Source: the human T2T-CHM13v2.0 reference genome, Homo sapiens
Length of the DNA: 64,000 nt
Assembly: GCF_009914755.1 (NCBI RefSeq)
Contig: NC_060947.1
Reading direction: 5' to 3' (one strand)
Shown here: piece after piece, positions 50,437 to 64,000 of the stretch
Layout: every line of letters starts with the position of its first letter
Numbering within the stretch: the first letter of the stretch is position 1
The notes under the pieces: generated by a model
What the model was told of the DNA's origin: nothing
The model's input: the letters and a program-made list of their open reading frames with translations, nothing else
The model's database searches: none
Translations under genes and position numbers: made by a program

Positions 50437-53400
50437 AAGATTGTATTGATAGTATTATGAATATTGAATATCTTGATAGTCATTATATGGTAGCATTATA
50501 TATGCTGTCTTATTGGGAAATATGAATCTTACTTCTATAAAAAGAAGTATCTTCTTGCTATCATAGCACTGACAAGAAGTGACAAGTGTTTTCTCCAACT
50601 TTAGAAGCTAGTTCAATAACCAGAAAAAGATAGGTGGAAATATTTCTATCACAGACATGTATCTCATCTTTCAAGTGGAGGCTTAGAAACTCAAATATAA
50701 AATTTTAAAATGTAAAAAACTCACATGCCCATCCATATTAAAGTACTGAAGGATGCAAACCGTTTGTAATATCCTGTCGTCTAGCCTTATCCCTACCTCC
50801 CCAAACTTACAAAAAGAACGTTGCTATTTGCTAGTGAGTGACACTAAATCTACTATACCATGACAGGCATAATCCTCTGATAAAATAGGCTTTTTTAATT
50901 TGTAATGTTATCATCTGTCAACCAAAGTGATGTGATGTCATATCAAGGACAGTATATAATATGATTTGAGTATGGATACACTAAGTTTGCTTTTGCATGA
51001 AATAATCTGATTTAGAGATATCTGACAAGTACTGTAATTATTTAAAGTACTTATGACAAAGTAGCATAATTTGTCAATATTGCAAACATAATTGCAATGC
51101 AAGTAGTCAAAATAATTGTCATTAAACCACTCTTTAGATACTGTTTGGAAAAGGATAACATGAGAATGACAAGAAACTGTGGTTACTGACATTTAGAACT
51201 CAGGGAGAATTTTCAACCTATCTATAGGGATTGCTTTCATAAAAAAATGTTTTGCAGTTCTGAACGTGATGTTACAAAGGTATATGATAGCGGTCATGCA
51301 TTTATATAGGGTTGTCAAATAAATTCTGTCTTTTACATGATGTGGCATACAGTGTGTAATTACCATTTCATCATGATATATCACTCTAGAAGAACTACAG
51401 TCATCCTCAGAGTACCTCTTTTTATTTTGCTTTAAGAAACCTAGACTAAAGGGCAATTTTTTGCACATATTTATGTTAATCTTTGAGTCTACTTATTGAT
51501 ATTTATTTCTAATCATTTTATTTATACAACTGAACACTTTTATTTCATATCAATATCACATTCTCATTGCATATTTGCTATATGTGCTTTATCTACAACA
51601 TTCTATCAACTATGCATCTATATTTACTTTGATTGTCTTGATTGTTGTAAACATACAGTTTTGTTTAGACACATGGTTTGAATTATTCCTCTTTCTTGCC
51701 TTTAATTTGTAAGGGGTATCATACTATATAGGATTCAAACTCATAAATACTGATTCATGAGCCCATGACCAAGTACCTACAAAGTCACATAGTCTCCAAA
51801 AGAACACTATAAATCTTGCCCTAGGAGACTAAACAATTAAAATCATTTGAAATCACTTGGACACGTAATGGCAGAATCATCTCCTTCTGATGCCACAAGA
51901 AAGTTGGGCATAATCATCATTGTGGACACATGATTCCGAATATAAACTTTGATAAAAGATCAGATCTCAAACTGCCCACCACCGTCCATGTAATCTTCTT
52001 TCAGGTAAAATGTATAATTTTACTATATAAATTGAATGTGTCCTTTTTGAGTGCCCTAAATTCGGAATATACCTCACTGTGCCTCAGAGGGGAAATAATT
52101 CATGAACCAGCCATCATAACTAATCAGAAAATCTTACTCAGGATCTCTTCTTTCTCAGAATACTTGAATTTCTAACGTCTGATATGCATTCACCTAAAGT
52201 TGTTTTCTAGATCATTGATCTGACACCTCTGTACTTTATAATCCTTGGTGTTTTCAATCAGCACCATGCATTGTACTTAACTGACACTTTTATATTTTCA
52301 CACTTCCTCTGCAACAATGCCAAAAACTTAAATCATTGAACTCAGTGTTTTAAATTACATGGAACAATTGAATGACACCGTATAGGATATTTGAAAATAA
52401 ACAAAACAATTCACAATCATATCTCCAATTCCAAACCTGATTAGACATAGGGCTAAAATCTATGGGAGCTCCAGTTATGCCTAAAATTACATTTTTTTAT
52501 GGATGAAAAAGCAACATTTTCTATTGAAATCTTTATCTTCAGTAATATATGTGCATAATGGCAGCTTTAAAACTGGCTGAATGTATTATTTGCATGAAGC
52601 ATACTCCTTTTTTCATATTACTAATAACACTAATAGGTAAGATGATATTCTTATGGCATCTTAGTAGACATCCTTGTAAAATATAATAGACTAACACTAT
52701 TTGGGGCATTGGTTTCAGTTGTACCCATTAGATCTAATTTAATTTAAAAATTGAACTTAAATAAATTACAGCATATTTCTTCTATCTGACTATTCTACTC
52801 TTCATGGAAAATCAATAAACTAGACTTGGAAAATGAGAAGATGAAATTCTCAGATACTTTTATTTTGGAAATTTATTCCTGTGCCAACTTAAAAATGTGT
52901 ACAAGAACAGGGTTTTAATTTAAAGCTATACTTGATGTCATTGAGTACATTTTGTATCATGATGTTCTGATATTATTTCTGTGGGATAATAAGGAATAGA
53001 AATTGGGACTGTGCAATGATATTGTTGAATTCCAGGTTACCCTTGCAACATCCCCAACATTAGAACGACGAATTCATTTGCAGTCTACTTGCTCATTCAA
53101 TTGTGGGTATATGTTCAGTTATCAATACTCCCTGGATTTTAGGACTAAATTACTTTACTTTTACCACTAGAAAGTGGAAATAACTTGCTGGATATGGTGA
53201 TAAAATATAAGGCTCTCCATAGTTCAGAGGAAGAGCTTGCATAATACCATATTTCTTACCTGCTTCTCAAAGTAGAAATTACAATGAAATGGGAGATTAT
53301 GATTAAGAAACAAATTGACCTCTAGATATCCATTGAGCACATGAAAGTAGCACTCTCAGACCACCTGAGTTGAGCTGATTCAGATTAAATCTGATCCCCA

Positions 53401-54089
53401 AAATGGTTTTGATAGAAAGGTAGTCTCATCAAATAACAATTTTCAAATCAGTACATTCAACTCTCTGGAAAAAGCCAAATCATTTTCATCTGAATTTGAT
53501 AACAAGCTTGGATAGTCCTTTATAACTGTCATCTGGTAATTAAATTAGTAATAATAATCAGTGTATAACTTTCCAAGTTGATTATATCAAGTGGTACCAC
53601 ATGTAGCTGGCTGCATAATATCTAGATATTTGCTAAAGGTAAGTCTTATTACTCCAGTTATATCTATATCTTCAGTAGTTAAGCCTAAAAGATTATTTCC
53701 ATGGAAGAACTGAGTAATTTCCTTACTTCCTGAATTGTAGAAATAATCATCGTTTCTATTCATTGTATTAGTATGTATTGCTATAATGCTAATTTTTTGG
53801 TTGATACAAAAAATGAAGCCAACAATGTATTTTCAAACTAGGACAACTAGTTAAAATGATTTCTCTCATTCTCCTAAATTATAACAGTTCAGTTTCATAA
53901 GCCCAATATATCATTTTAAATGACAGTAACGAAAGCCTCTGTGAACTACGTATCACTCTCAAACATGTTGAACCTGTATAGGAAAAAGACATTTTTCAAC
54001 AGTGCATAATTTAGGTTATAAGCATTTAAAATATCTCACAATCTTTAGTTTTAGATAATTATATATATATATATTTTGTATGTCTGAAC

Positions 54090-55013
54090 TTTATTTTCTT
54101 TTCCTTATTTTATTTTATTTTATTATTATTATACTTTAAGTTTTAGGGTACACGTGCACAATGTGCAGGTTTGTTACATATGTATACATGTGTCATGCTG
54201 GTGTGCTGCACCCACCAACTCGTCATTTAGCATTAGGTATATCTCCTAACGCTATCCCTCCCCCCTCCCCCCACCCCACAACAGTCCCCAGAGTGTGATG
54301 TTCCCCTTCCTGTGTCCATGTGTTCTCATTGTTCAATTCCCACCTATGAGCGAGAACATGTGGTGTTTGGTTTTTTGTCCTTGCCATAGTTTACTGAGAA
54401 TGATGATTTCCAATTTCATCCATGTCCCTACAAAGGACATGAACTCATCATTTTTTATGGCTGCATAGTATTCCATGGCGTATATGTGCCACATTTTCTT
54501 AATTCAGTCTATCATTGTTGGACATTTGGGTTGGTTCCAAGTCTTTGCTATTGTGAACAGTGCCACAATAAACATACATGTGCATGTGTCTTTATAGCAG
54601 CATGATTTATAGTCCTTTGGGTATATACCCAGTAATGGGATGGCTGGGTCAAATGGTATTTCTAGTTCTAGATCCCTGAGGAATCGCCACACTGACTTCC
54701 ACAATGGTTGAACTAGTTTACAGTCCCACCAACAGTGTAAAAGTGTTCCTATTTCTCCACATCCTCTCCAGCACCTGTTGTTTCCTGACTTTTTAATGAT
54801 TGCCATTCTAACTGGTGTGAGATGGTATCTCATTGTGGTTTTGATTTGCATTTCTCTGATGGCCAGTGATGGTGAGCATTTTTTCATGTTTTTTGGCTGC
54901 ATAAATGTCTTCTTTTGAGAAGTGTCTGTTCATGTCCTTCGTCCACTTTTTGATGGGGTTGTTTGTTTTTTTCTTGTAAATTTGCTTGAGTTCATTGTAG
55001 ATTCTGGATATTA
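54090..55013 (-). mobile_element. 5'-truncated L1PA3-like element (~0.9 kb)
   Basis: Near-consensus young L1 3' UTR and ORF2 C-terminus (minus-strand ORF 54504-54902 [20 protein letters not shown]). Confidence 0.93.
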
Positions 55014-55649
55014 TATATTTTTTCAAAACACTAATCCAGTCCCACTTTAGAACACAGTAGTCTTTTTTGAAGACAATCCTAACAACCTTAATAATAATTG
55101 TTATAATGAGTATTTTAATCCATTTTACATGAATTGGCCTTGTAGTACTCAAGCTATTTTCCAGTTACTTCCCTCAATATATTGTAACTGTATTTTCTAC
55201 TACTGCTACATTGTGTTTCTTTAAACAGGCAAGGTGTAAAAACAGCATTCAGTAGTATCCTCAGGCGGGAAGTCAGAAGGTTTAGAGACAACTGACAAGG
55301 GATACATGCTGTGTGCTATATAGTTTAAAAATATGTTTATTTAGAATGTTGAAGTAATGTTACTAATGTAGTTCATATAAGAGAACATGATGTGTGTTTT
55401 AGGAGATGTTTATAGAACTTTGTGATCTTTGAAATAGAAAGTCTGCCTCACTCTTACTGAAAAGTAAATCTTGGTCTCAATATCTTACTAAATTAAAAGA
55501 ACTATACGTTACAAACTTGAATTATCAAAGAATAAAAGTTAGTTTAATATTGGACTTTTTAATGTTTTCAAAATCACAAAAAGAAAATTTCAGCTTTATA
55601 TTTTAAAATGTGAAGAATAAGTCATTTTACTAAACCACAGTCACTATTT

Positions 55650-55830
55650 TAAAAAAGCATATACTTTGGACTCAGAAAATCTAAGTTGAACTTGAGCTTT
55701 ACAATTGATTACCTGTGTGAGTTGGAGCAAATTGATCAATTTCTCTAAGCTTTATGTTTCTAATCTGTAAATTAGTCATAAGAAAAATTACCTCTCAGTG
55801 TTCTATTGAGGATTAAGTGAAATAGTGAAC
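55650..55830 (+). mobile_element. MIR SINE
   Basis: Core-like 'ctgtgtgagttggagcaaatt...tctctaagctt...tttctaatctgtaaa...gaggattaagtgaaata'. Confidence 0.7.
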
Positions 55831-56974
55831 ACAGAATACCTTTAACCCTCCATATTTATTATAATATATTACATCTTATTAATATAAATGTTTTGCTAAT
55901 TTATTTTATGAAGTTTTAATAAGACTGGATGTCTGATAAAGTCCTAGCCAATTCAAATTTCTTGTTCTTGCCCTGTTGCCTGCCCTTGCCAGATTTCAAC
56001 CTGGCAGCCTAATTTAACATTTAAAGGGCATATTTTTTTACAGTGTAGTTTTGAACTTATGAAAATTTGCTTTAGAATTGAGTTTTCTTTCCAAAATATC
56101 CAAACACTTTCATGGATCTGAATTATTTTCTTCATCCTAAAGCAGAAATCAATGTTGATTTAAGGTATGTATACTTTAGAGAATCCAAAGTAAATACATT
56201 TAGCCATCTATGGTATGTTAAAATATTGGTTGTTGAGCATCAGGTAATGAGCAGAAAAAACAACAAACCGGAAAGAATTTTTTGTCTTTTAATAAAGACT
56301 CTGGTAAAAAAAAAAAAAACCCATAAAGTAGTTGATATCATGATATCATAGACAACTGACTTAATGTGCCTCCTGAAAGCTAAAGAGTTAAACATGCAGG
56401 GATGAGGCAAGGGTGCAACTAAATTAGTTGGGCTCAGAAGAATCAGTAAAACAAATATTGTAAATCAGAAAGTAGAAAATAAAGGATAGTAATTGAAAAG
56501 TTTATAAAGTAGTCTCATGGGTAAGGATAGACAGGCCGATACAGCATGACCCAGCAGTGATCACTTCAGAATGGAGAGGCAGTTCATAGCATTCCCTTGC
56601 TCCATCAAAAATGTGAAGCTTCTGATCTCTTTTTCAAAATGTATTAGGCTCAGACAATTGTATTTTACCCTGGTGCAATCCAGTTACATAATTTTGATAT
56701 TACGGGTCTTTGCTAGTTTCTAAACAGGATCCCTCTTTCTCAGTTTTGATATTTTCAGATTAAAGATATTGTCTCTGCAAAAGATTTTTATAAATCCTTA
56801 ATACTCCGTAAATATTTTGTATTCATGTATACAATATGTATGTATTCAATTTTATTTAAGTGCTTCTCCTTTTATTTAAATGTTGATCCCCCACCCCATC
56901 TATTTTCTGGTTTGTGCAAGAACTTGGTTATTATCTTGCTAGGAAGACTTTATTTTGAATTGTGAGTGGAAGTC

Positions 56975-57280
56975 ATTAATGCTTTCGCCAAATATTCTAG
57001 TTCCCTTCTTACTGGCACAAGGCAGGATTGCATTTCCTGTACCACCTTCTTGTGGTTGGATGGGGCCATAACTACTTCTGGTGTATGAATTGTGAGCCAT
57101 TTACTTGACTGGTATTGTTCAAACTAGTGATATATCTGCCTGGGTTTCAGGGTATGGTGACACATAGAAGAACCCCTAGACAGCCAACAATAGACTACTG
57201 CCATGTGTGAGAAAAATGTCTGAGTTGTTCTAAGGCATAAGTATTTTCGAGCTGTTTGTCACTGCAGTATAACTTATTGT
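56975..57280 (+). mobile_element. Old MLT1 (H/I/J-like) LTR
   Basis: 'tggggccataactacttctggtgtatgaattgtgagc' and 'tgtttgtcactgcagtataactta'. Confidence 0.6.
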
Positions 57281-58669
57281 GATAAAATTGTGAAATGTTG
57301 AGCATTACATGTAAGCATCAGGGGTATACAATCATAGTTATTCTAGGAAATAAATCAATTCTGCGGCCCTCAGTGATAAAATCTTTTCACACTTTCCCCT
57401 AGTTTGTATTCCTTCAGACAGGAGGAAGGCTTCATGCATGAAAATGTTTTAGTTATGCTTAGAATTTTTTTAGTGCTTAACAGTGTATCGGAAGAATACA
57501 CAAGTTAATTAAGAAAATATAGATATATAGTTTGGTGATAAACTTAAGGTATGATATTGTCTGACATTATGTGTGTTTCTTTGGCTGTACAAAAGTTATA
57601 TCTTCCAAATAACTGCCTTCATTTTCTTTTAAATTACCCAAGAACCCCAAAAGTTCACAAAAACAGAAAGAGTTTCCAGGCACATAAGGTATCTAATGGT
57701 TCTTAAGAGTATGGTTTCTTTCTCTCAGTCGTGAGGAAGGAACTCCTCAATGCTGTTCCAATATGAAACGGTTCCAATATGAGACATCACATTATCACAC
57801 AAACCCACAAATTCTTTACAGAGCCCAGAAAAGTGGCATTAACTGCTATGACTTCTTTTCTTCTCAATTTTCATCCCTTGTCTCTGTCTTTACACATCTT
57901 ATTGACATTGGCATTCATTGCCTACCACGGCTTTTTCTGTTTCTCTTCATTTTTATTATGTATTATAAATATAAACTATTTTGTGCATTTCTTGAAACGG
58001 AAAGTAACACAGGAAAAGTAATATTAAATTACTTGACTTTATGTGAGTTTTAAATTCCTGGCTTAAAAGGGACCCATGGAAAAAATTAACTTAGACATAT
58101 TTTTTCCTTTATTTGTACGTCTAATTGGAGTTGACATGCTCTTTATATAAGATTATTTGACATATCTATAGATGGCTCTCCTCAATATCTGTTTGATATT
58201 TTGTCAAAGGAGAATTAACAAACAAATTGGCAATACTCTCTGGAATAATTTTTTTTAAGTCTATGAAAGACTGAGTGGGAACATTTTAAACTGCCTAAAA
58301 TTCCCACTGCATTCACAAAACAAGGAGACAATTAGAGAAAAGCACTGTAGAGAAGACAGACTTTCTGAAAGGGATTTCAGCTTCATGAGTTAAAAAAGAC
58401 AATGAAAATATGTAGAAATAGTTCAGACTTTTTGGGTAATTAGATTTATTATGTAAATATCATTTAATTTGTGAAAAACAATAGAAGAATCTTGATATTT
58501 TACTCTTTTTTAACGAAATCTTTTGAAGTTACATTATTACAAAATGTGGATCACTCCATAACATAAATAGTACTGCAGACTACCTTTCCCCACTGTTCTT
58601 TTCCACCAAACCTCACCAACAAACTTTGAAAACAGATCTTCATTTAGAGGTAAGTATTCTAAAGGCTAA

Positions 58670-58930
58670 AGAATCATGGATGAGGAAAGTCTTTACTGTA
58701 TTTAGGGAAAGCTTTGAAGAGGAGGTGGCATTTGAATCATAATATGTAGTAGTTCTTCGTATGGTGTGAAGTTTAACAGGCAAAGGCAATAATAATATAA
58801 ACCAAGACATAGGCATTAAAATATATGATGTGTTTAAGAACGTGTGCTATGGTTAGAGACACATTCATAAGGAGTTAAAGAAAATAAGTTTTGGAAGGAA
58901 AGCTGAGCCAAGCTGAAAAGCACCTTGTAT
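58670..58930 (-). mobile_element. L2 fragment
   Basis: 'agggaaagctttgaagaggaggtggcatttgaa' is a typical antisense L2 phrase. Confidence 0.55.
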
Positions 58931-58981
58931 ATCACTGTGTCAGTCAGGGTATAAAGTAGGAAGTACACTGTTTGTTATATT

Positions 58982-59088
58982 TTAAGTAACTTTTCCAAGA
59001 TCACACAATTAGTAGTTAACAGAAATGGGATTTGAATGTAGGCAGCCTGGTCTCCTGACTGAGTCTGTGCTATTAGCCACTATGCTGT
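58982..59088 (-). mobile_element. MIR SINE fragment
   Basis: 'ttaagtaacttttccaagatcacacaattagta...gggatttgaatgtaggcagcctg'. Confidence 0.75.
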
Positions 59089-60577
59089 AGATAGATGTAC
59101 AGGTAATAGCAAAGACATTTTTGTGAATAAACTACAAGCTAAGGGTCAGAAAGCAAGGAATAATTGTGTGAGGTAACATTTAATATGATTTTCTTAGGCA
59201 AAATGAACTTTGAATTAATACTTAAAGGATGTTATTTTCATGGTAAGGAGAGAAGAAACACAAAGTAGCCAAAGGAAGAGCAAATGCACTCCTAATACAT
59301 TCCAATTTTTTGCAGTAAATTTTCATTTTTTCTCTTATCTTCTCCTGTCCTCACCACTCTCCACCCTCACATCTCTCTCAGCTCAAGGGGCTGGAATGGA
59401 GAGGTTAAGATTCAAGTCACGAGACTATTCTCTTTGTTTATAGTTTGAAGCAAGTAGTAGTTTCTGAGGTATATTTTATAGTTAATGAGCAAATAGAAAC
59501 ATACATATATTTCCATATCATATTTGCAAACTACAAATATATGAGACCATATTTCTCTTTAGATCTGTCACTACAGTGTTTTTATAACACATTGTAGATC
59601 TGCATTTCGATTGCATTAACGAAGAACTTCTTCACCGTATCAACTTATTACTCCCAATTATAAAACCTGAGATGCTTGGCTAAGGTATTCATTAACCTTT
59701 TCAGAGTGTATAATAGGAAATCTAATCACATGGATGTGGTAGACTGCATCTTGAAAATGAGCCCAGTTGTCATGTACAGTAAATTGTAATACCCAAATTC
59801 TTTGTAAATTGGGCAGTTTCAAGAAATTGAATGAGGAGGCCCTAATTTAATCAGCTTATAAGTATGAACTTTGAAATAATTTGCAATGTAAAAATAATGA
59901 CTATATCTGATGTAAATGTGAAAAGAACATTTTTACTTTTATTCTAATTAAAGTTCTTGCATTTATTAATTTTATTTATCTCTATGTGCTTTAAGGGTTT
60001 TAAATTGTGACAGAAATTATTATTCAGTAATAAACATTATTAATTTGTATCTCTCATTCCAAAATTTTCTTAAAACACATAAATAAAAGTAAGCATTTTA
60101 TTTTTAATAAACAAGTTTACCTGAAGTTTCATATTACTTCTGTAGAATATAATACAGTCCAGTCTTGGTGATTTACCATGTATAGGGTACCTTTAATTCA
60201 AATTACTTTTAAAATTGTGAGCATTTCTCAAATTGACAATACTATACTATATAAACTTCCTTATGGCAGAATAATTTAAAAATTGCATTTAACTTCAATC
60301 TTCTGTTTTATGTTTCCGTAGCATTTGGCATTGTTAATAAGTCTCAACTCATAGAACTTTCCCTTTCACTGCTTTTATAACTCTCTCTTTATTCCCTTTC
60401 TGCCTCTTTGAACATCTTTTATTTGCCCCATCACTTACCTATTCACTTAAATTCTGGGCTTCCTTGGCCTCTATGCATATCCATTTTTGTATTCTTGTTC
60501 TGACAATCCTTTTAGGAAAACATAGTTTCTTCCCTTGCCTTCAATTGTTTCTATATGCTAAGCAGTTTGTTAATTTT

Positions 60578-60730
60578 TTTTCATTTATTTCTTCACTTAT
60601 CTGTTTATCTAAGAAATATTCTTGAGTACCTACTATGTATTAATTATTCTGATAGTCTACTGGTGTAACAATTAAACATAGTGCCTGTCTTCTAGGAACT
60701 TATAGACTAGTGAAGGACTTAGATAAATAA
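60578..60730 (-). mobile_element. L2 3' end
   Basis: 'tcatttattt...aaatattcttgagtacctactatgt...ggaacttatagactagtg'. Confidence 0.65.
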
Positions 60731-61807
60731 AATGTGGGCCCTTTAGTCCAAGGTAAAGGCTTTAGTAGGGACTTTTGTGGTTTGATCAGAGTGTGTCAGA
60801 ATGGAGGTGGTGAGTTATGAGCTATAAAATTTTAAAAAATATTTCAACAATTATTTTCAGCCAGGAGTTTTTTAATTAAAATTATATTTAAATGGGATGT
60901 AAATATACATATAAATATTTTGTGATAGTGACAGTAGTATCATCAATATTAATGTCAATTATTCATTTTTAACAATCTCTGATGAAAACCAAGTTTTATA
61001 GTGCCTTATTAATAAATTCCAGGATATTTAATGTAGACATAAGATTTTATGTAAGAAAGTTCTTAAAGGTGATAGACATTAACAGATATAGATATTGATT
61101 ATCAGAGTTGCTCTGTTAAACTGTTTTAAACATGTGCATTGGTGATAGGTATAATATTTACTTATCCACCTGGATGTTTACCTATATTCTTGTTATACCC
61201 ACTAAAACTAATTGTATAATTAAATATTTAGAAAAAGTTTTCTCATATAGAGATGAAGTTTTTGGTTTAGCAATCATTTGAGCAAAATGTTGGCATAGGA
61301 AATACCTCACTAATATGATCTTGCAATAAAATATATTGTTAAATGCCTGAAGCTATTAGCAATGAGTTCTAAGGGCCAATATGTGAAGGGTAGGGACAAC
61401 CATTAGCACATTTATATATTCTTATTTTTTAATGACATTGCAAGGGAATTTAAAAGTCAATCATCACATGATGCTGTGACTCATATAAGCCATTTCTTCT
61501 CTAAATTACATGAAAATTGAAGTAGTTAGAGATGTGGATAACTTATGAATTTTAGTGTAACCTGCAAATGCAGTCATTATGTTTGTAATTGTATTCTGTT
61601 TTACCTGTAGTTGACTAATGAAAGAATCCAGATAACCATGGGATTTCTTGTTAAGAGCAGACGAGCAAGCCTATCTTTAAGACATCAAGAAATATAAGTG
61701 CTGAATCAATTGAGTTTTTAGCCCTAGATGTTAATAAATGCTCTTAGAGTAAATTTATTTCATTATAATATTGAAAAAAAGAGAAAATGCTGTTGAGAAG
61801 CTTTTGA

Positions 61808-62030
61808 GAAGCATAATGGTGAAGAGAACAGACTCAGAAGCTAGACCATATTTATTCAAATTTTAGCTGTATTATAGAGTGGCTGTGTTATCTTGAGCAA
61901 GTTATTTAACCTTTCAATGGCTGAATTCAGTCATTTACAAATTGGGGACAATAATAATAATACCCACTTCATAGAGTTATTGTGAAGATTTAACAACAAT
62001 TAATGTATGTAATGCACTGAAAACACTGGT
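61808..62030 (+). mobile_element. MIR SINE
   Basis: 'ggctgtgttatcttgagcaagttatttaacctttc...ataatacccacttcatagagttattgtgaagattta'. Confidence 0.8.
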
Positions 62031-62658
62031 ATGTGCTTGCTATTAACTTTTTGGAGACCAATGCAGAATAATGCAAAATGTTAAAGAAAAAACTTAATTA
62101 TTATAATTTATGTAAAAATTACTTAGAAACTATAAACATGATAAAAGTAAAAGTTTTAATTTACATATTCCAATAGTAATGAATAAAACAGACTTTCAGA
62201 TTAAGACGATGGAATGGTAAAGTAACTTGAATAATCATCACCAATAATACTAATGCTATCACATGATAATGCAGATATAGATTCTCACAATCACTAACAC
62301 TGGCCAATATTAGTATTGGGAAAAGTCTTTTCGGAACATGGCAGAAAAAAAAGCTTAAGTTCAAACAAATTCATAAGGCAAAAAGGTAGAGTCCATATGG
62401 AGAATAAGACAGCAAAATCAACTAGATTTAAGTAATGTACACCCAGTAAAGCTTTTCTTACCTTAGCAAGTTTGAAATGTTGATCAAGTCAGCCTGCTTC
62501 TCATTTCTCACCTTGAAATAGAAGTCTTTCTTTCCACAGGCTGGAATGTGTCACAGTGAGTCCTTTCTTTAAGAGAAAAAAAATATTAGTGGAAAAACAT
62601 ACCTGTAACTTCTAAAGCAATCAGAAAGGGCAACATGGTGCTACAGTATGGTATGGCA

Positions 62659-63018
62659 TACTATAATCTGAATCCATTCCCCCAAATTTCATACATTGAA
62701 ATCTAATCCCTAATGTGATAGTACTAAAAGGTGGGTCCTTTGGGTGGTGATTAAGTCATTATGGCAGAGCCCACATGACTGTATTAGTTGCCTTTATAAA
62801 AGAAACCCCAGGGAGCTAGCTAACCTTTTCCACCATGTTAGTATGCAACAAGAAGGCACCATCTATGAACAAGAATGTGAGTCTTCACAAGAAACTAACT
62901 CTGCTGGCCCCTTAATCTTGGACTTACCAGCCTCAAAGCTATGGACAATAAATTTCTGTTGTTTAAAATCCACTCAGTTTATGGCATTTAATTATGCCCA
63001 CCCAGACAGAACAAGAGA
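62659..63018 (+). mobile_element. MLT1A-like MaLR LTR
   Basis: 'cccccaaatttcatacattgaaatctaatccctaatgtgatagta...tcttggacttaccagcctc...aataaatttctgttgttta'. Confidence 0.82.
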
Positions 63019-63094
63019 GTGACCAGCATATTGTTTGATTGACAAAAATGAACAGAAAACTAGAAATCTAAAGATCATGCACAGATAAAATTAA

Positions 63095-64000
63095 CGCAGA
63101 AACATTGGACATAATCTGCATGATAGACCAAATGGACCTAATATGTATTTTAAAAACGCATTATCCAATAGCTGCATTTCTTCTAAGCACACGGATCATT
63201 CTCAAAGATAGACAACATGTTAGGCCAGAAAACGAGCATTTAAAAAAAATCAAAATATCAAGTACCTTCTCTGACCACAATGGAGTAAAACTAACAATCA
63301 ATAAGAAGAGAAATTTTTGAAGCTATACAAACAAATGGAAATTAAATAATATTCTCCTGAATGACCAGTGGGGTCAATGAATAAACTAAGAAGAAAATTG
63401 AAAAACTTCTTGAAACAAATGGAAATGGAGCTACAACATACCAAAACCTTTGGGATACAACCAAAGCAGTACTAAGAAGAAAGTTTATAGCAATAAGCGC
63501 CTACATCAAAAAAGCAGAAACACTTAAAACAAGCAAGTGAATGAGGCATATTAAAATTTAGAAAAGCAAAAGCAAAACAAACCCAACATTATCAGTAGAA
63601 GAGAAAACATAATAAAATCAGAGCACAAATAAATGAAATTGAAATGAAGAAAATAATGCAAAATGAAAAGACGTGTTTTTGTAAGAATAAACAAAATTGA
63701 CAAACCTTTAGCCAGACTATTTAAGATACAAAGAAAGAAGATCCAAATAAATACAATGAGATGAAAAAAGAGACATTATAACTGATGCCACACAAATCCA
63801 ATGGGTTGGTAGACACTAATATGATTAACTATATGCCAATAAATTAGAAAATTTAGAAGAAATGGATAATTATCTTGACACAATACAACCTACCAAGAAT
63901 GTATCATGAAGAAATCCAAAACCAGAACAGACCAATAACAAGTAATTAGAATGGAGCCATAATACAAAGTTTCCCAGCCAAGAAAAGCTTGGGACTTGAT
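63095..64000 (+). mobile_element. 5'-truncated L1 (L1MA/PB-like) ORF2 fragment running off the window
   Basis: Endonuclease C-terminal motif 'STFSDHNGVKL' in ORF 63105-63320, followed by ORF2-like sequence. Confidence 0.85.

Noticed and set aside
57712-57790. Possible splice acceptor (ttctttctctcag), 6-bp hairpin and 16-bp near-duplication gttccaatatga
   Set aside because: These are short motifs expected by chance, with no matching donor or coding signal.
62450-62610. Cluster of splice-like signals (tctttctttccacag; minus-strand aggtaag and caggtatg)
   Set aside because: No consistent exon with a supportable frame emerges, and it cannot be called without transcript data.

Overview
This is eukaryotic DNA: an AT-rich primate (human-like) stretch made mostly of decayed retroelements. 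It shows no recognisable cellular exon, RNA gene or intact protein-coding gene, and the ORF track is explained by L1/ERV fragments, their antisense frames and microsatellites. The main contents are: (1) a nested stack at ~4.5-21.9 kb, in which an old L1M holds a THE1D LTR and an L1MA1-3-type element, and that L1MA holds a full-length ~8.2-kb L1PA15-like element and a short inverted L1PA; (2) three L1 insertions with 5' inversions (twin priming); (3) three L1 5' ends at 27.9-33.3 kb that look like the scar of a large deletion; (4) a piggyBac-family MER75; (5) a two-LTR HERV-L/MLT2A1 provirus (37540-45654, TSD CTCAT) with dead gag/pol/dUTPase and an L1 inserted in integrase; and (6) scattered Alu/FLAM, MIR, L2, MLT and microsatellites. 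I found no evidence of a new multi-gene biological system. The most unusual observations are a ~50-bp copy of the provirus's own gag sequence inside a 630-bp TA expansion of its 5' LTR, and a perfect DUX4 motif kept in that LTR only. Subfamily names come from recalled consensus sequences and should be confirmed with RepeatMasker/Dfam.
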